This document shows, one piece after another, positions 1-9,470 of a DNA stretch of 64,000 nucleotides (positions are counted from its first letter, which is position 1; each line of letters opens with the position of its first letter). A program made the position numbers and the translations under genes. The stretch is taken from positions 155,029 through 219,028 of the forward strand of contig WVYN01000050.1 of NCBI GenBank assembly GCA_011772965.1, written 5' to 3'. Below the pieces are notes generated by a model. That model made no database searches, had not been told where the DNA came from, and was given only the letters and a program-made list of their open reading frames with translations. Source of the stretch: Gammaproteobacteria bacterium. GTDB lineage: Bacteria; Pseudomonadota; Gammaproteobacteria; Eutrophobiales; Eutrophobiaceae.

Positions 1-157
1 TGATTTTGTCATTCTCCACCGAGGCTTCAAAATTATCAATGTAGATTGACTTTATATTTCTGACAGATTTGCTTGCATTAGTAATTGCCTTTTTTGCAGC
101 ATCTTCCCAGCTGGTATCTGATTCAGCCAGAACTTCTATGACTTTAAGCATGGACAT
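1..157 (-). CDS. Dodecin-family (flavin-binding) small protein, 5'-truncated by window edge (52 codons: MSMLKVIEVLAESDTSWEDAAKKAITNASKSVRNIKSIYIDNFEASVENDKI...)
   Basis: Own reverse-complement translation of 1..157. ATG at 155-157 is preceded on the minus strand by GAGAGG. The K-V-I-E...G-x-S-x-x-S-W-E-D-A pattern matches dodecins from memory. Confidence 0.45.
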   Translation of the reverse strand, partial: MSMLKVIEVLAESDTSWEDAAKKAITNASKSVRNIKSIYIDNFEASVENDKI

Positions 158-610
158 GGTTATTACCTCTCTTTTAACTGTAACTAGTATTTTAAATATT
201 ATTATTTTAATTTTTTATCAGCCAAACGGCTTTGATCTGGATCAATAACTAGGGGATCAGTGCGTTGAGGGGACCCTGGCATGCTGCCAAGTATGCGCAT
301 TTCCCATGAAAACCAACTATATGGTCGGTGCTGGGGTTTTCCTCCCGGGTATGAACAATTTTGAAAAATTAGAAAGATCAATAAAATTAATTAGTTATAG
401 AGTTAAGTTTTGAGATTATGGAATACTCAGTATTAATCACTTGACTTTGGACAATTCAAGGGGCAATATCGCGCCCCCATGAAATTTAACTATATGACAA
501 AACAGGTATTCATTTGGCGTCACACTGCACTGTGTGGCGTTAACGCATACCTGCGCGTCGAGGAATCATTATTGATTTGATTGTCTGAATTTTCTGGCAG
601 TATACCGAAA

Positions 611-643
611 GGCCGCAGGTGACTAACCTGCGGCCTTTTTTTT
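611..643 (+). terminator. Rho-independent terminator: GGCCGCAGG-tgactaa-CCTGCGGCC followed by T8
   Basis: Perfect 9-bp GC-rich stem with 7-nt loop and an 8-T run read directly in the sequence. Oriented for a plus-strand transcript, but no annotated ORF lies upstream. Confidence 0.6.
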
Positions 644-687
644 GGCTGAGATAAACCGGAGGCTCATAGCAATGTAGATGAGAAACG

Positions 688-1074
688 ATGATGAAACTGA
701 TATTTATTATTTCTATTGCAGGATGGTTAATCCCTGTTCAGCCAGCATTGGCACAGGAAACTGATTACACCAATAGAGCATATACAACACATGCCTGTGA
801 GTTATTTGCCGGTGATGCCTATCGCGCGGCCAATAATTACAGCCGTGGTGCGGTGTTGGTAGACCTGCTTGATTTGATGAATACCAGCCCGGTTTCGTCA
901 ACCAGGAAAAACAGGGCCTTTCAGGCGATTCAGTTTGTCTGGAAGAATCAACTGGATAACCCGATACTGGCCTATACGCTTGCCATGGGCTTGTGTCTCA
1001 AACCAAGAGATAAAATGGCACCCATTGATGAACCCTGGGTCGTATCACCCAGGACAATTGGTGGACATTATTAA
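688..1074 (+). CDS. Hypothetical secreted protein (N-terminal signal peptide MMKLIFIISIAGWLIPVQPALA/QE)
   Basis: ORF-track translation. Hydrophobic N-terminus with an AxA-like cleavage motif. No recognisable domain. Confidence 0.45.
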   Translation: MMKLIFIISIAGWLIPVQPALAQETDYTNRAYTTHACELFAGDAYRAANNYSRGAVLVDLLDLMNTSPVSSTRKNRAFQAIQFVWKNQLDNPILAYTLAMGLCLKPRDKMAPIDEPWVVSPRTIGGHY

Positions 1075-1163
1075 TATCTTGTATGTTAATACATATTCGA
1101 CTTTGACAGGTATGATGTTACCTGAATGTGTAATTTTCTGGTGATGCATATGGCTTATAATGA

Positions 1164-1904
1164 TTGCCGATGACAGACAAGAAAAAAAAGGTACTGGTAC
1201 TACAACATCTGGCCATAGAGCATCCCGGCATATTCATGGATTTTTTCAACGCTGATGGTTTCTCTGTTGACATCATTCACCTGGATCAAGGTCAAACAAT
1301 TCCGGATTTGCGTGATTATAATGCCCTCTGGGTTATGGGTGGACCAATGGATGTCTGGGAAGAACAGAAATATCCTTGGTTGAGATCAGAAAAATCTGCT
1401 ATTCGTGAGGCCATTCGTGATTTTAATATACCCTTTGTCGGTATATGCTTGGGACACCAGTTACTCGCAGATGCACTCGGTGGCGAAGTATCCATGAGTA
1501 AAGAACCTGAAGTTGGCGTGATGAATGTTGAGTTAACTCCTCAGGGCAAACTGGATTCACACTTGCTGGGCTTACCTGACCCCCTGATGTGCTTTCAATG
1601 GCATAGTTCATCCATAACCAGAATACCGGAACAGCTGAATGTCCTGGCATCCAGTCAGGCCTGCCCGGTCCAAGCACTGGGAAACGGTCATTCAGTTATT
1701 TCCATTCAATTTCATATTGAGATTACTCACAATACAGTATCAGAGTGGTATTCTGTGCCAGCTTATCAGGCATCACTGGATAAAACTCTAGGACAGGGAT
1801 CAATTTCTGATCTTAAAAAGACGGTAGATGATAATCTGGAAGACCTAAATAATCTGGCAAAAAAATTCTATCAAAACTGGCGAAAACAGGCGTTCGGATT
1901 TTAA
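1164..1904 (+). CDS. Class I glutamine amidotransferase-like protein (GATase1)
   Basis: Nucleophile-elbow motif GICLGHQLL plus downstream His (QFHIE) typical of type-1 GATases; about 240 aa, standalone. Confidence 0.7.
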   Translation: MPMTDKKKKVLVLQHLAIEHPGIFMDFFNADGFSVDIIHLDQGQTIPDLRDYNALWVMGGPMDVWEEQKYPWLRSEKSAIREAIRDFNIPFVGICLGHQLLADALGGEVSMSKEPEVGVMNVELTPQGKLDSHLLGLPDPLMCFQWHSSSITRIPEQLNVLASSQACPVQALGNGHSVISIQFHIEITHNTVSEWYSVPAYQASLDKTLGQGSISDLKKTVDDNLEDLNNLAKKFYQNWRKQAFGF

Positions 1905-2037
1905 TTTTATGGCTTGATTAACATCTAGTTTTTCCTTATAAAAAAACTAGACACTGCCTTGAATTCAGCCATAATTTGTTATTTTTATTATTATACTTAT
2001 AAACTAAAAATCAGATCGAAAGTTTAAATAAATTTAT

Positions 2038-3162
2038 ATGAATGAAAAAATAAAAGCCAGACACCAGGAACTTTTATACTCACAGTTGTCTGTTTCTGTA
2101 TTAACAAGTATCGTCGCTGGCAGTTTCATTACCATCATGTTATGGGATGAGGTAGATCATGTTTTATTCAGTATCTGGCTGGCATTTTTTGTAATTGTGC
2201 TAATTTACCGTTTGTTAATTCTGTTATTTTTTAACAGAAGCAATGACACTTCTTCTCATCTTAATCTTTGGGATAATCTGAATTTTGCTGGCACGCTGAT
2301 GACGGGATTAATTTGGGGTTCTCTGACATTCTTTTATTCAAGTCTCTGGCCACCGGAAGTACAGATTTCCCTATGGGTTCTATTAATAGCATTGATGTCC
2401 GGTGCTAGTGCGAGTATATCGGTTGTATTGAAATATTACATAGCTTACTGCGCTCCTATTATACTTTTTTCATTTTATGTTCAATATGTTAATAAAAGTT
2501 ATTATTTAATCATTATTTTCTTTTTTTATACTCTATTACTTTCAATGACAGCAAGAAATTTCAGAAAACAGAATAATTTTATTATTGAACAGCAAATCAT
2601 GTTAATCGATGCCAATGACAAGCTGGAGGCACTAGCAACAAAAGATGCCTTGACAAACCTGCCAAACAGAAGGGCTTTTGAAAATTTATTCAGAAATGAA
2701 TGGGAGAGACATTTACGTTCAAAGAAGAATCTGTCTTTAATGATGCTTGATGTCGATTATTTCAAGAACTATAATGATCATTATGGACATAGCAAAGGTG
2801 ATGAATGTCTCAGATCAATCGCAAATATAATTCAGAAATCATTACTTCGTCCCTCTGATGTAGCAGCTAGGTATGGAGGTGAAGAATTTATTATCATCCT
2901 CCCTGAAACAAGCAATGAAGGTGCATTAGAGGTAGCTGAAAGGATCCACTATAACCTGAAAGTCATAAATATTCCCCATGAATATCCGAGACCTGATTCG
3001 AGACTTACTGTCAGTATTGGCATTGCAACCTTGATTCCAAAATCCGGAAAGGATTCAAAAGTATTGCAACTGCTTGCTGACAGAGAGTTATACAAAGCAA
3101 AAGCAAATGGAAGAAATTGCACATCCAGCAATGAAGAAATTGAAGAATCGACTAGTTATTAA
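2038..3162 (+). CDS. Membrane-anchored diguanylate cyclase (N-terminal multi-TM sensor region plus GGDEF domain; GGEEF active site and RxxD I-site present)
   Basis: RYGGEEFIIILPET motif with RPSD five residues upstream. Also LTNLPNRRAF and DVDYFKNYNDHYGH, classic GGDEF motifs. At least 5 predicted TM helices in the first 190 aa. Confidence 0.85.
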   Translation: MNEKIKARHQELLYSQLSVSVLTSIVAGSFITIMLWDEVDHVLFSIWLAFFVIVLIYRLLILLFFNRSNDTSSHLNLWDNLNFAGTLMTGLIWGSLTFFYSSLWPPEVQISLWVLLIALMSGASASISVVLKYYIAYCAPIILFSFYVQYVNKSYYLIIIFFFYTLLLSMTARNFRKQNNFIIEQQIMLIDANDKLEALATKDALTNLPNRRAFENLFRNEWERHLRSKKNLSLMMLDVDYFKNYNDHYGHSKGDECLRSIANIIQKSLLRPSDVAARYGGEEFIIILPETSNEGALEVAERIHYNLKVINIPHEYPRPDSRLTVSIGIATLIPKSGKDSKVLQLLADRELYKAKANGRNCTSSNEEIEESTSY

Positions 3163-4447
3163 GTATTTTTACTTCGCGTTGCGGGAATGGAATTTCAATA
3201 TTATTTTTCCTTAACTCTTTCCAGATCATATGAAGTAGATCAGCGCCAACACGATTTACCCCGTCATCAATACCTTCTATCCAGAATTCTACAAGAATAT
3301 TAATTCCTGATTCCCCGAAGTCCAGTATTTCAGCATCTGGCCTCTCTTCTACTGGCAAGTCAGGTCCACTTAGCACTTTGGGATGGCTGGCAACGATGTC
3401 GCGGATTATTGGAAACATCATGTCAAGATCAGTTTTATATGCAACAGAGAACTCCAGTGAATATCTCTGTTTCGTATTTTTATGTGTCCAATTTATATAA
3501 GATGTTGTTATAAACTGCTCATTAGGCACCATTACATCTTTGCCATCAAAAGTTTCCAGAATTGCATGGCGCATGTTTAGCTCGCGCAACGTACCTGATC
3601 GACCATCATCCATCTCAATATAGTCACCAATTGTGATTGATCGATCGAGAAGAATAATAATCCCTGAAATGAAATTGCTGGCAATCTGCTGTAGTCCGAA
3701 TCCCAGTCCAACACCGAGAGCTCCGCCAAAAACTGCAAGAGCAGTTAAGTTTATACCCATGATCTGCAGAAGCAGGATAAAAAATACTATAATAACCGAG
3801 ATCTCAAATAACTTGGCCAGAACTTCACGCGTACTCGCATCAAGATTCTCGCGTTGGCGTATGGCACGGGTACCAATGTTATTTGAAATTCGTCCAAGCC
3901 AGAACAGTATTGCACCAAAGAGGATGGTGCGGATAACACCGTATAGTGTAAGGTCTATGTTGCCGAGATCTATTGAAATAGTATCGAGATAATCTATGAC
4001 ATTATCCAGCCAGCCGAGCACATAAAGTATGGCAATAGGAATACCAATCCATTTGCTAATCAGGTTAATTGTAATATTGTCGATGAATCGTGATATAAAG
4101 GTATAGAGCAGAAAAACAACTGCAAGACTCAGTGCAATCTTGATCATCCAGCTTTGGCCAACAACCTGCTTGGCGATATCTGACGCGATACTCAATAAAA
4201 GAATGATAAGAAGGGAAAATATCAGGTCGCCAATACGATAAAAAAACAGGCGAAATCCATAAAAATTATTTTCCTGTAATGGTTCCTTGCTTAGCAAGGG
4301 AGACTTGTTTTTAAGTATAAAAGTAACGACCCAGGCAATAATGACAGCAGCAATTATTGCCCCAATCTGTGCATAGAAGGGAGGACTGACTGCCCAGTGA
4401 CTGATGATATTCCAGAGTTCATTTAACTTTGCTTTAAGAATATCCAT
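3152..4447 (-). CDS. Mechanosensitive ion channel, MscS family (multi-TM N-terminus plus MscS beta domain)
   Basis: ISGIIILLDRSITIGDYIEMDDGRSGTLRELNMRHAILETFDGKDVMVPNEQF matches the conserved MscS core. N-terminal TM helices. Confidence 0.85.
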   Translation of the reverse strand: MDILKAKLNELWNIISHWAVSPPFYAQIGAIIAAVIIAWVVTFILKNKSPLLSKEPLQENNFYGFRLFFYRIGDLIFSLLIILLLSIASDIAKQVVGQSWMIKIALSLAVVFLLYTFISRFIDNITINLISKWIGIPIAILYVLGWLDNVIDYLDTISIDLGNIDLTLYGVIRTILFGAILFWLGRISNNIGTRAIRQRENLDASTREVLAKLFEISVIIVFFILLLQIMGINLTALAVFGGALGVGLGFGLQQIASNFISGIIILLDRSITIGDYIEMDDGRSGTLRELNMRHAILETFDGKDVMVPNEQFITTSYINWTHKNTKQRYSLEFSVAYKTDLDMMFPIIRDIVASHPKVLSGPDLPVEERPDAEILDFGESGINILVEFWIEGIDDGVNRVGADLLHMIWKELRKNNIEIPFPQREVKILNN

Positions 4448-4568
4448 CTATCAAACATCTCATTTAAAGTGCGTATATATTCTATCAAATGTAAGATTTA
4501 TTACATCTTCTGAAAAACACTATGCCATCCTAGACATGCCCGTCATAGCAAGCCCCAAATGCACCACC

Positions 4569-5999
4569 TCATCCTTTAATACAAAGAACTGGTTGAAGCT
4601 TTGCTACTTTTCTTGCCAGACCAGCGTAATGAGCAGCATTGACCACTGCTTTGACATCCTTGTAAGCACCAGGTGCTTCTTCTGCAACTCCTCTTGAAGT
4701 AGGGCTTCTAATAATAATTCCACGTTCTGCAAGTTCATCAGTTACCTGTCTTCCGTGCCATGTTTTAAATGCTTTACGTCTGCTCATACTACGGCCAGCA
4801 CCGTGACATGCAGATGAAAATGACAACACATCATTACCAGTATTTCCTGCAAGGATGTAAGAAGATGTGCCCATGGATCCGCCAATCAGGACTGGCTGAC
4901 CTGATTGTTTGAATACAGTGGGAAGTTCTTCATGCCCGGGACTGAAAGCACGAGTTGCACCTTTCCTGTGAATGTAAAGTTGTTTTTCTTTGCCGTTAAC
5001 GATATGTTTCTCGAGTTTACAAGTATTATGAGAAACATCGAAAAGAAGATTTAAGTGTATTTCAGGGAAAAAATGCTTAAATACTTTACGGACAAGATGT
5101 GTAATTATCTGACGGTTTGCCAGTGCGCAATTTATAGCTGCACGCATGGCGCCCAGATAAGTTTTACCGACTGCGGATAAGAGGGGAGCGCAAGCCAGCT
5201 CACGATCAGGCAAGATAATCCCATGTTGAGAGGCAGTAATTACCATTCGCTTTAAAAATTCAGTTCCAATTTGATGGCCGAGACCGCGTGAACCACAATG
5301 AATGCTGATTACTATATCACCTTCAGTAATATTGAATACCTTTGAAGTGTTAATATCGTAGACTTTAACCACTTCCTGGACTTCCAGATAATGATTGCCA
5401 GAACCAAGGGTGCCCATTTCATCACGTTGTCTTTTCTTTGCATGATCTGAAACCTCAGAAGGTACTGCACCACTCATTCGTCCATTTTCCTCGATGCGCT
5501 CAAGATCAGCTGGTATACCATAGCCTGATTCGACGGCCCATTGCGCGCCACCTTCAAGCATGGAATCCATTTCTTTCTTGTTCAGATGAATATGACCTGT
5601 GCTGCCCACTCCAGCAGGTATATCACGAAAAAGAGAATCGGCGAGTTTCTTTTTTACTGGTTCTATGTCCTGTAGCGTCAACCCTGTCAGCAGGTTTCTG
5701 ACCCCACAGGATATATCAAACCCTACGCCACCGGCGGATACTATGCCGCCGTTATCCGGGTCGAATGCGGCCACTCCACCGATAGGAAATCCATATCCCC
5801 AGTGGGCATCCGGCATGGCGTACGCCGCCGAAACAATTCCAGGTAATTTGGCAACATTGATAATTTGTTCAGAGACCTTATCGTCCATCTGATCAATCAA
5901 ATCGGCATCTGCATAGATAATTGCAGGGACACGCATCTCACCATATGGTTCGATTTTCCAAGAATATTCAGTCAATTGAGTTAGTTGCTTATTATCCAT
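4569..5999 (-). CDS. rtcB: RNA 3'-phosphate/2',3'-cyclic phosphate RNA ligase RtcB
   Basis: 476 aa. Metal/GMP-binding motifs of the RtcB family are present (HCGSRGLGHQ, AHWGYGFPIGG, SACHGAGRSMSRRKAFK). Confidence 0.9.
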   Translation of the reverse strand: MDNKQLTQLTEYSWKIEPYGEMRVPAIIYADADLIDQMDDKVSEQIINVAKLPGIVSAAYAMPDAHWGYGFPIGGVAAFDPDNGGIVSAGGVGFDISCGVRNLLTGLTLQDIEPVKKKLADSLFRDIPAGVGSTGHIHLNKKEMDSMLEGGAQWAVESGYGIPADLERIEENGRMSGAVPSEVSDHAKKRQRDEMGTLGSGNHYLEVQEVVKVYDINTSKVFNITEGDIVISIHCGSRGLGHQIGTEFLKRMVITASQHGIILPDRELACAPLLSAVGKTYLGAMRAAINCALANRQIITHLVRKVFKHFFPEIHLNLLFDVSHNTCKLEKHIVNGKEKQLYIHRKGATRAFSPGHEELPTVFKQSGQPVLIGGSMGTSSYILAGNTGNDVLSFSSACHGAGRSMSRRKAFKTWHGRQVTDELAERGIIIRSPTSRGVAEEAPGAYKDVKAVVNAAHYAGLARKVAKLQPVLCIKG

Positions 6000-6026
6000 G
6001 AAAGCTTCCCGTTATATTTAACATTT

Positions 6027-6458
6027 CTAGACATCAATGACACATTGAGCCATCCATTTCCCGTTACTGTCCTTGTTCACCTTGAGTTCAGTATAGGTCG
6101 CACCTTTTACTTCCACTGCAGGTTGGTGCCTTGATATGTCAATTGGTTCTCCCCATGCAGTTGCTTTTAAACAAGAATTTTCTATATTTACGTCAAATTG
6201 GCTAAATAGCATATGTCTCACAGCGATTGCATATACCAACTCGTTTAACCAATCGACCAGTAACAGCTCATTATCGGGTGCTTCACAATATATATCCTGA
6301 CGAATCATGGGCTTAACTTTACTTACGTCACATATCGCCGCTATCATGGCAGTGGCTGCTTGGCTAAAAGCCATCTCAATAGTGTTACCATAACCCCTAA
6401 TCCCAATATCAGCTTCGTGGGCAAAATGCTCCCAATAGCATTCTTTTCTGTAGTTCAT
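6027..6458 (-). CDS. Archease (RtcB activator/chaperone)
   Basis: 143 aa. N-terminal (F/W)EHxAD(I/V)G(I/V)R(G/A)xG motif ([23 protein letters not shown]) is typical of archease. Sits immediately downstream of rtcB in the same orientation. Confidence 0.7.
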   Translation of the reverse strand: MNYRKECYWEHFAHEADIGIRGYGNTIEMAFSQAATAMIAAICDVSKVKPMIRQDIYCEAPDNELLLVDWLNELVYAIAVRHMLFSQFDVNIENSCLKATAWGEPIDISRHQPAVEVKGATYTELKVNKDSNGKWMAQCVIDV

Positions 6459-6597
6459 GGTTATCGAAGGAAATTTGCTGAATACAGGGTATCAATAGCT
6501 TGCTTCATATTTAGATGATCCAGATCAATACAGTTAATATTTTATTTGCTAAATATATTCTTTATAGATCATATGAAAAAAAAGAAGTAGTAATGAA

Positions 6598-6987
6598 ATG
6601 CTAGACATAAGTCGCGATATAATCTGTCGCCTGATTATCCTTGCCAGGGAATTTCATGCCCAGGAAGAAGTTGTTATTCCTGAGAATCCAGTCAATCCAA
6701 GTGGTGACTGGGCACAGCAAATCCTGGCATCCCACTTGGACGATTCAACATTTAGTGAATTCAGCGCCATGGTGAGAGATTTGGAACCTGACCAACAACA
6801 TCAACTGGTAGCGCTGATGTGGTTGGGCCGCGGTGATTATTCACTAGATGAGTGGCATGAGGCAGTCTCATATGCCTCCGAAAATGCTTCCAGAAACACA
6901 CCACAGTACCTGATGGCTCATCCCCAGATTGCTGATTTCATGATGGAAGGTCTCGAAATTTTTGGAATTAGCTGTAATGAAGAATAA
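6598..6987 (+). CDS. Hypothetical protein (possibly DUF3775-like), divergent from the rtcB-archease unit
   Basis: ORF-track translation only. No motif I can name with certainty. Confidence 0.4.
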   Translation: MLDISRDIICRLIILAREFHAQEEVVIPENPVNPSGDWAQQILASHLDDSTFSEFSAMVRDLEPDQQHQLVALMWLGRGDYSLDEWHEAVSYASENASRNTPQYLMAHPQIADFMMEGLEIFGISCNEE

Positions 6988-7052
6988 TGATCTGGTAGAA
7001 AATAACCTGCTGATTGTTATATTGCACTCTATTACCGAGATAAAAATATTTC

Positions 7053-7505
7053 TCAGTCTGAGCGCTTCTTGTATTCCTGCATCTGCTCCTTGTAAACAAG
7101 GGAGACCAGGTTGCCTAATTCTTCATAGATAAACCTCAAGAGGTCATCTGTAGCGAGTATGCCCGTCAACTTTCCTAATGAATCAGTAACAGGGAGGCGA
7201 CGGATTCCCTTCTCACGCATAAGATTAATGCTTTCAAAAAAACCATCGTCTTCTCTGATCACTACGGGGGAACGTGTCATTACATCTCCGATGGTGACCG
7301 AGTCTATGGGCACTTCCTCTGCAATAACTTCGATCATAATATCCCTGTCAGTGACAATCCCAACGGGTATTGAACCATCGCTATTCTGGGAAACAACTAC
7401 CAGTGAACCAACATGGTATTTACGCATCAATTTCGAAGCTTCAACGATGCCCATATCGGTGGTTGCCGTGATGACATTTCGAGTACAGTATTTTCCGATA
7501 TTCAC
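7053..7505 (-). CDS. CBS-pair domain protein
   Basis: 150 aa. Two CBS-like repeats (VITATTDMGIVEASKLMRKYHVGSLVVV... and VMTRSPVVIREDDGFFESINLMREKGIRRLPV). Confidence 0.7.
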   Translation of the reverse strand: MNIGKYCTRNVITATTDMGIVEASKLMRKYHVGSLVVVSQNSDGSIPVGIVTDRDIMIEVIAEEVPIDSVTIGDVMTRSPVVIREDDGFFESINLMREKGIRRLPVTDSLGKLTGILATDDLLRFIYEELGNLVSLVYKEQMQEYKKRSD

Positions 7506-7625
7506 AGTCTTTTCATTTTATAAGTGGTTGAATATAATAATATAACCTTTATACATGACCAGGCATACAATTTTATTGATCTAGATCAGTTATTTTCGTT
7601 TTTATTAAACAGTATAATTAAGCCT

Positions 7626-8795
7626 ATGAATAATATAACAAAACGGCTTTTCTGGGGCATTATTGTTTTACTTATCCTGTTTTTATCCATCTGGTATTTT
7701 ACCCGTCCCAAGCCGGTTACTGTTTCTCTTTATACTGTTACAAAAGGCAAGGTTGAAAAAACCGTTGCAAACACCAGGGTAGGAACAGTAAAAGCATGTC
7801 GTCGCTCGATGGTTGCCCCGGGTGTCGGGGGCGAAGTCTCAAATCTTCTTGTAACAGAAGGTAATAGTGTCGAGAAAGGCCAGATACTTATAGAGCTTTG
7901 GAACGATGATCTCAAGGCTAAATTAAAACTTGCCGAGGCAGAGAAGCTTAGCGCAAAGGCCCGTGTGGAAGAACTCTGTCGCATTGCATCCGGGGCCAAG
8001 CGTGAACTTAGAAGGGTTAAACGTCTGTCTAAAGACAATATGATATCCGAAGAACTGGTTGACAAGGCGCAAACTGAATTTGAGGCGACCAGTGCAGCTT
8101 GCGAAGGAGCAAAAGCCCAGATTAATGTCAGTGATGCCCAGATAGAGATGACACGCGCCGCTCTGGAAAGGACTATTATAAGAGCACCATTCAAGGGCAT
8201 CGTTGCGGAAGTCAATGCAGAAATTGGTGAATTTGCAACACCATCTCCCCTTGGTATCCCGACACTACCGACAATTGATCTCATCGACACAAGCTGTATG
8301 TATATCAGTGCACCGATTGATGAAGTTGATGCTCCGCCGATAGCACTGGGTATGAATGCCTGTGTTCATCTGGATGCATTTCCAGAGCGCAGATGTAATG
8401 GTAAAGTACGTCGAATTGCGCCTTATGTACTGGATACCGAAAAACAGGCAAGAACGGTAGAAGTTGAAGTTGTTATTGTAGATCCTGAAGATCTTGAGGG
8501 ATTATTGCCTGGATATAGTGCTGACATTGAAATATATCTTGATGTCAAAACTGATGTTTTGAGGATCCCGACCGAAGCGGTGCTTGAAGGTTACCGCGTT
8601 TATCTTTACAACCCTGAGACAACTAGTATCTCTGAACGCAAGTTTAAACCCGGGATTGCCAACTGGAATTACACGGAGGTTAAATCAGGTCTTGAAGCGG
8701 GTGATAAAATTGTGCTTTCTGTCGGAAGAGAAGATGTCAAACCCGGTATTAAGGTCATACCGGAAATGAATGAGAAAAATTTACCTCTTCTATGA
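7626..8795 (+). CDS. Efflux transporter periplasmic adaptor subunit (HlyD/MacA/RND-MFP family)
   Basis: N-terminal TM anchor, coiled-coil segment, beta-barrel/lipoyl-like motifs (IRAPFKGIVAEV). Start moved to ATG 7626 (MNNITKRLFWGIIVLLILF), inside the longer track ORF that begins at 7524. Confidence 0.8.
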   Translation: MNNITKRLFWGIIVLLILFLSIWYFTRPKPVTVSLYTVTKGKVEKTVANTRVGTVKACRRSMVAPGVGGEVSNLLVTEGNSVEKGQILIELWNDDLKAKLKLAEAEKLSAKARVEELCRIASGAKRELRRVKRLSKDNMISEELVDKAQTEFEATSAACEGAKAQINVSDAQIEMTRAALERTIIRAPFKGIVAEVNAEIGEFATPSPLGIPTLPTIDLIDTSCMYISAPIDEVDAPPIALGMNACVHLDAFPERRCNGKVRRIAPYVLDTEKQARTVEVEVVIVDPEDLEGLLPGYSADIEIYLDVKTDVLRIPTEAVLEGYRVYLYNPETTSISERKFKPGIANWNYTEVKSGLEAGDKIVLSVGREDVKPGIKVIPEMNEKNLPLL

Positions 8796-9466
8796 TCCTG
8801 TTAAACGGGATAAGCCGGGATTTCTTGCTCGGAGATACGACAGTTCATGCTCTCTCGGATATTAATCTCGAGATTGGCCAGGGTGACTATCTGTCCATCA
8901 TGGGCCCCTCGGGTTCCGGTAAATCTACCCTGTTGAATATTATTGCCTTGTTGGATAGGCCTAGTAAAGGCAGCTATCTTCTTAATCAGAAAAATGTTAT
9001 CGGTTTGCATGATGAAGAATTGGCAAAAATTAGGCGCGAAAACATCGGTTTCGTATTCCAGTTTTTCCATCTCATTCACCGTTTGACCGCGGCAGAAAAT
9101 GTCGGGATTCCACTAATACTCTCAGGTATGCCTCCACAGGAAAGGCGTGAGAGGGTAGAAGCGGTGATGGAATCATTCGGGCTTGCAGAGAGAACTCATC
9201 ACAAGCCCGATCAACTGTCAGGCGGTGAGCGACAACGTGTTGCAATTTGCCGAGCTATGATTATGCATCCAACAGTTATTCTCGCGGATGAACCTACAGG
9301 AAACCTGGATCAGGTAACAGGTCGTCAGGTCATAGACTTGCTTGAAGATCTGAACAAGGAAGGCGTGACATTAATTGTTGTCACGCATGATGTAGATATA
9401 GGCAAACGGGCAAGACGCCGTTTACGTCTTGTTGATGGGCGCATTGTTGAGGATATTAGGAACTAG
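8792..9466 (+). CDS. ABC transporter ATP-binding protein (MacB/LolD-like NBD)
   Basis: Walker [10 protein letters not shown], signature [14 protein letters not shown], Walker [13 protein letters not shown]-loop. 4-nt overlap (ATGA) with the adaptor gene. Confidence 0.9.
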   Translation: MILLNGISRDFLLGDTTVHALSDINLEIGQGDYLSIMGPSGSGKSTLLNIIALLDRPSKGSYLLNQKNVIGLHDEELAKIRRENIGFVFQFFHLIHRLTAAENVGIPLILSGMPPQERRERVEAVMESFGLAERTHHKPDQLSGGERQRVAICRAMIMHPTVILADEPTGNLDQVTGRQVIDLLEDLNKEGVTLIVVTHDVDIGKRARRRLRLVDGRIVEDIRN

Positions 9467-9470
9467 CTCA

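Noticed and set aside
270-295. TGGCATGCTGCCA in the leading intergenic region considered as a sigma-54 (-24/-12) promoter or NtrC-type site
   Set aside because: Spacing and the -12 TTGC element do not fit the TGGCAC-N5-TTGCW consensus.
7730-8290. 186-aa minus-strand ORF inside the adaptor gene, plus many other antisense or overlapping track ORFs (e.g. 33219-33451 in smc, 54480-54938 and 55981-56649 in rne, 41118-41669 in nadB, 22938-23288 in metH)
   Set aside because: Each is fully embedded in a longer ORF with strong homology-type motifs on the other strand or frame. Compositions are atypical (Ser/Arg/Pro-rich). These are shadow ORFs.
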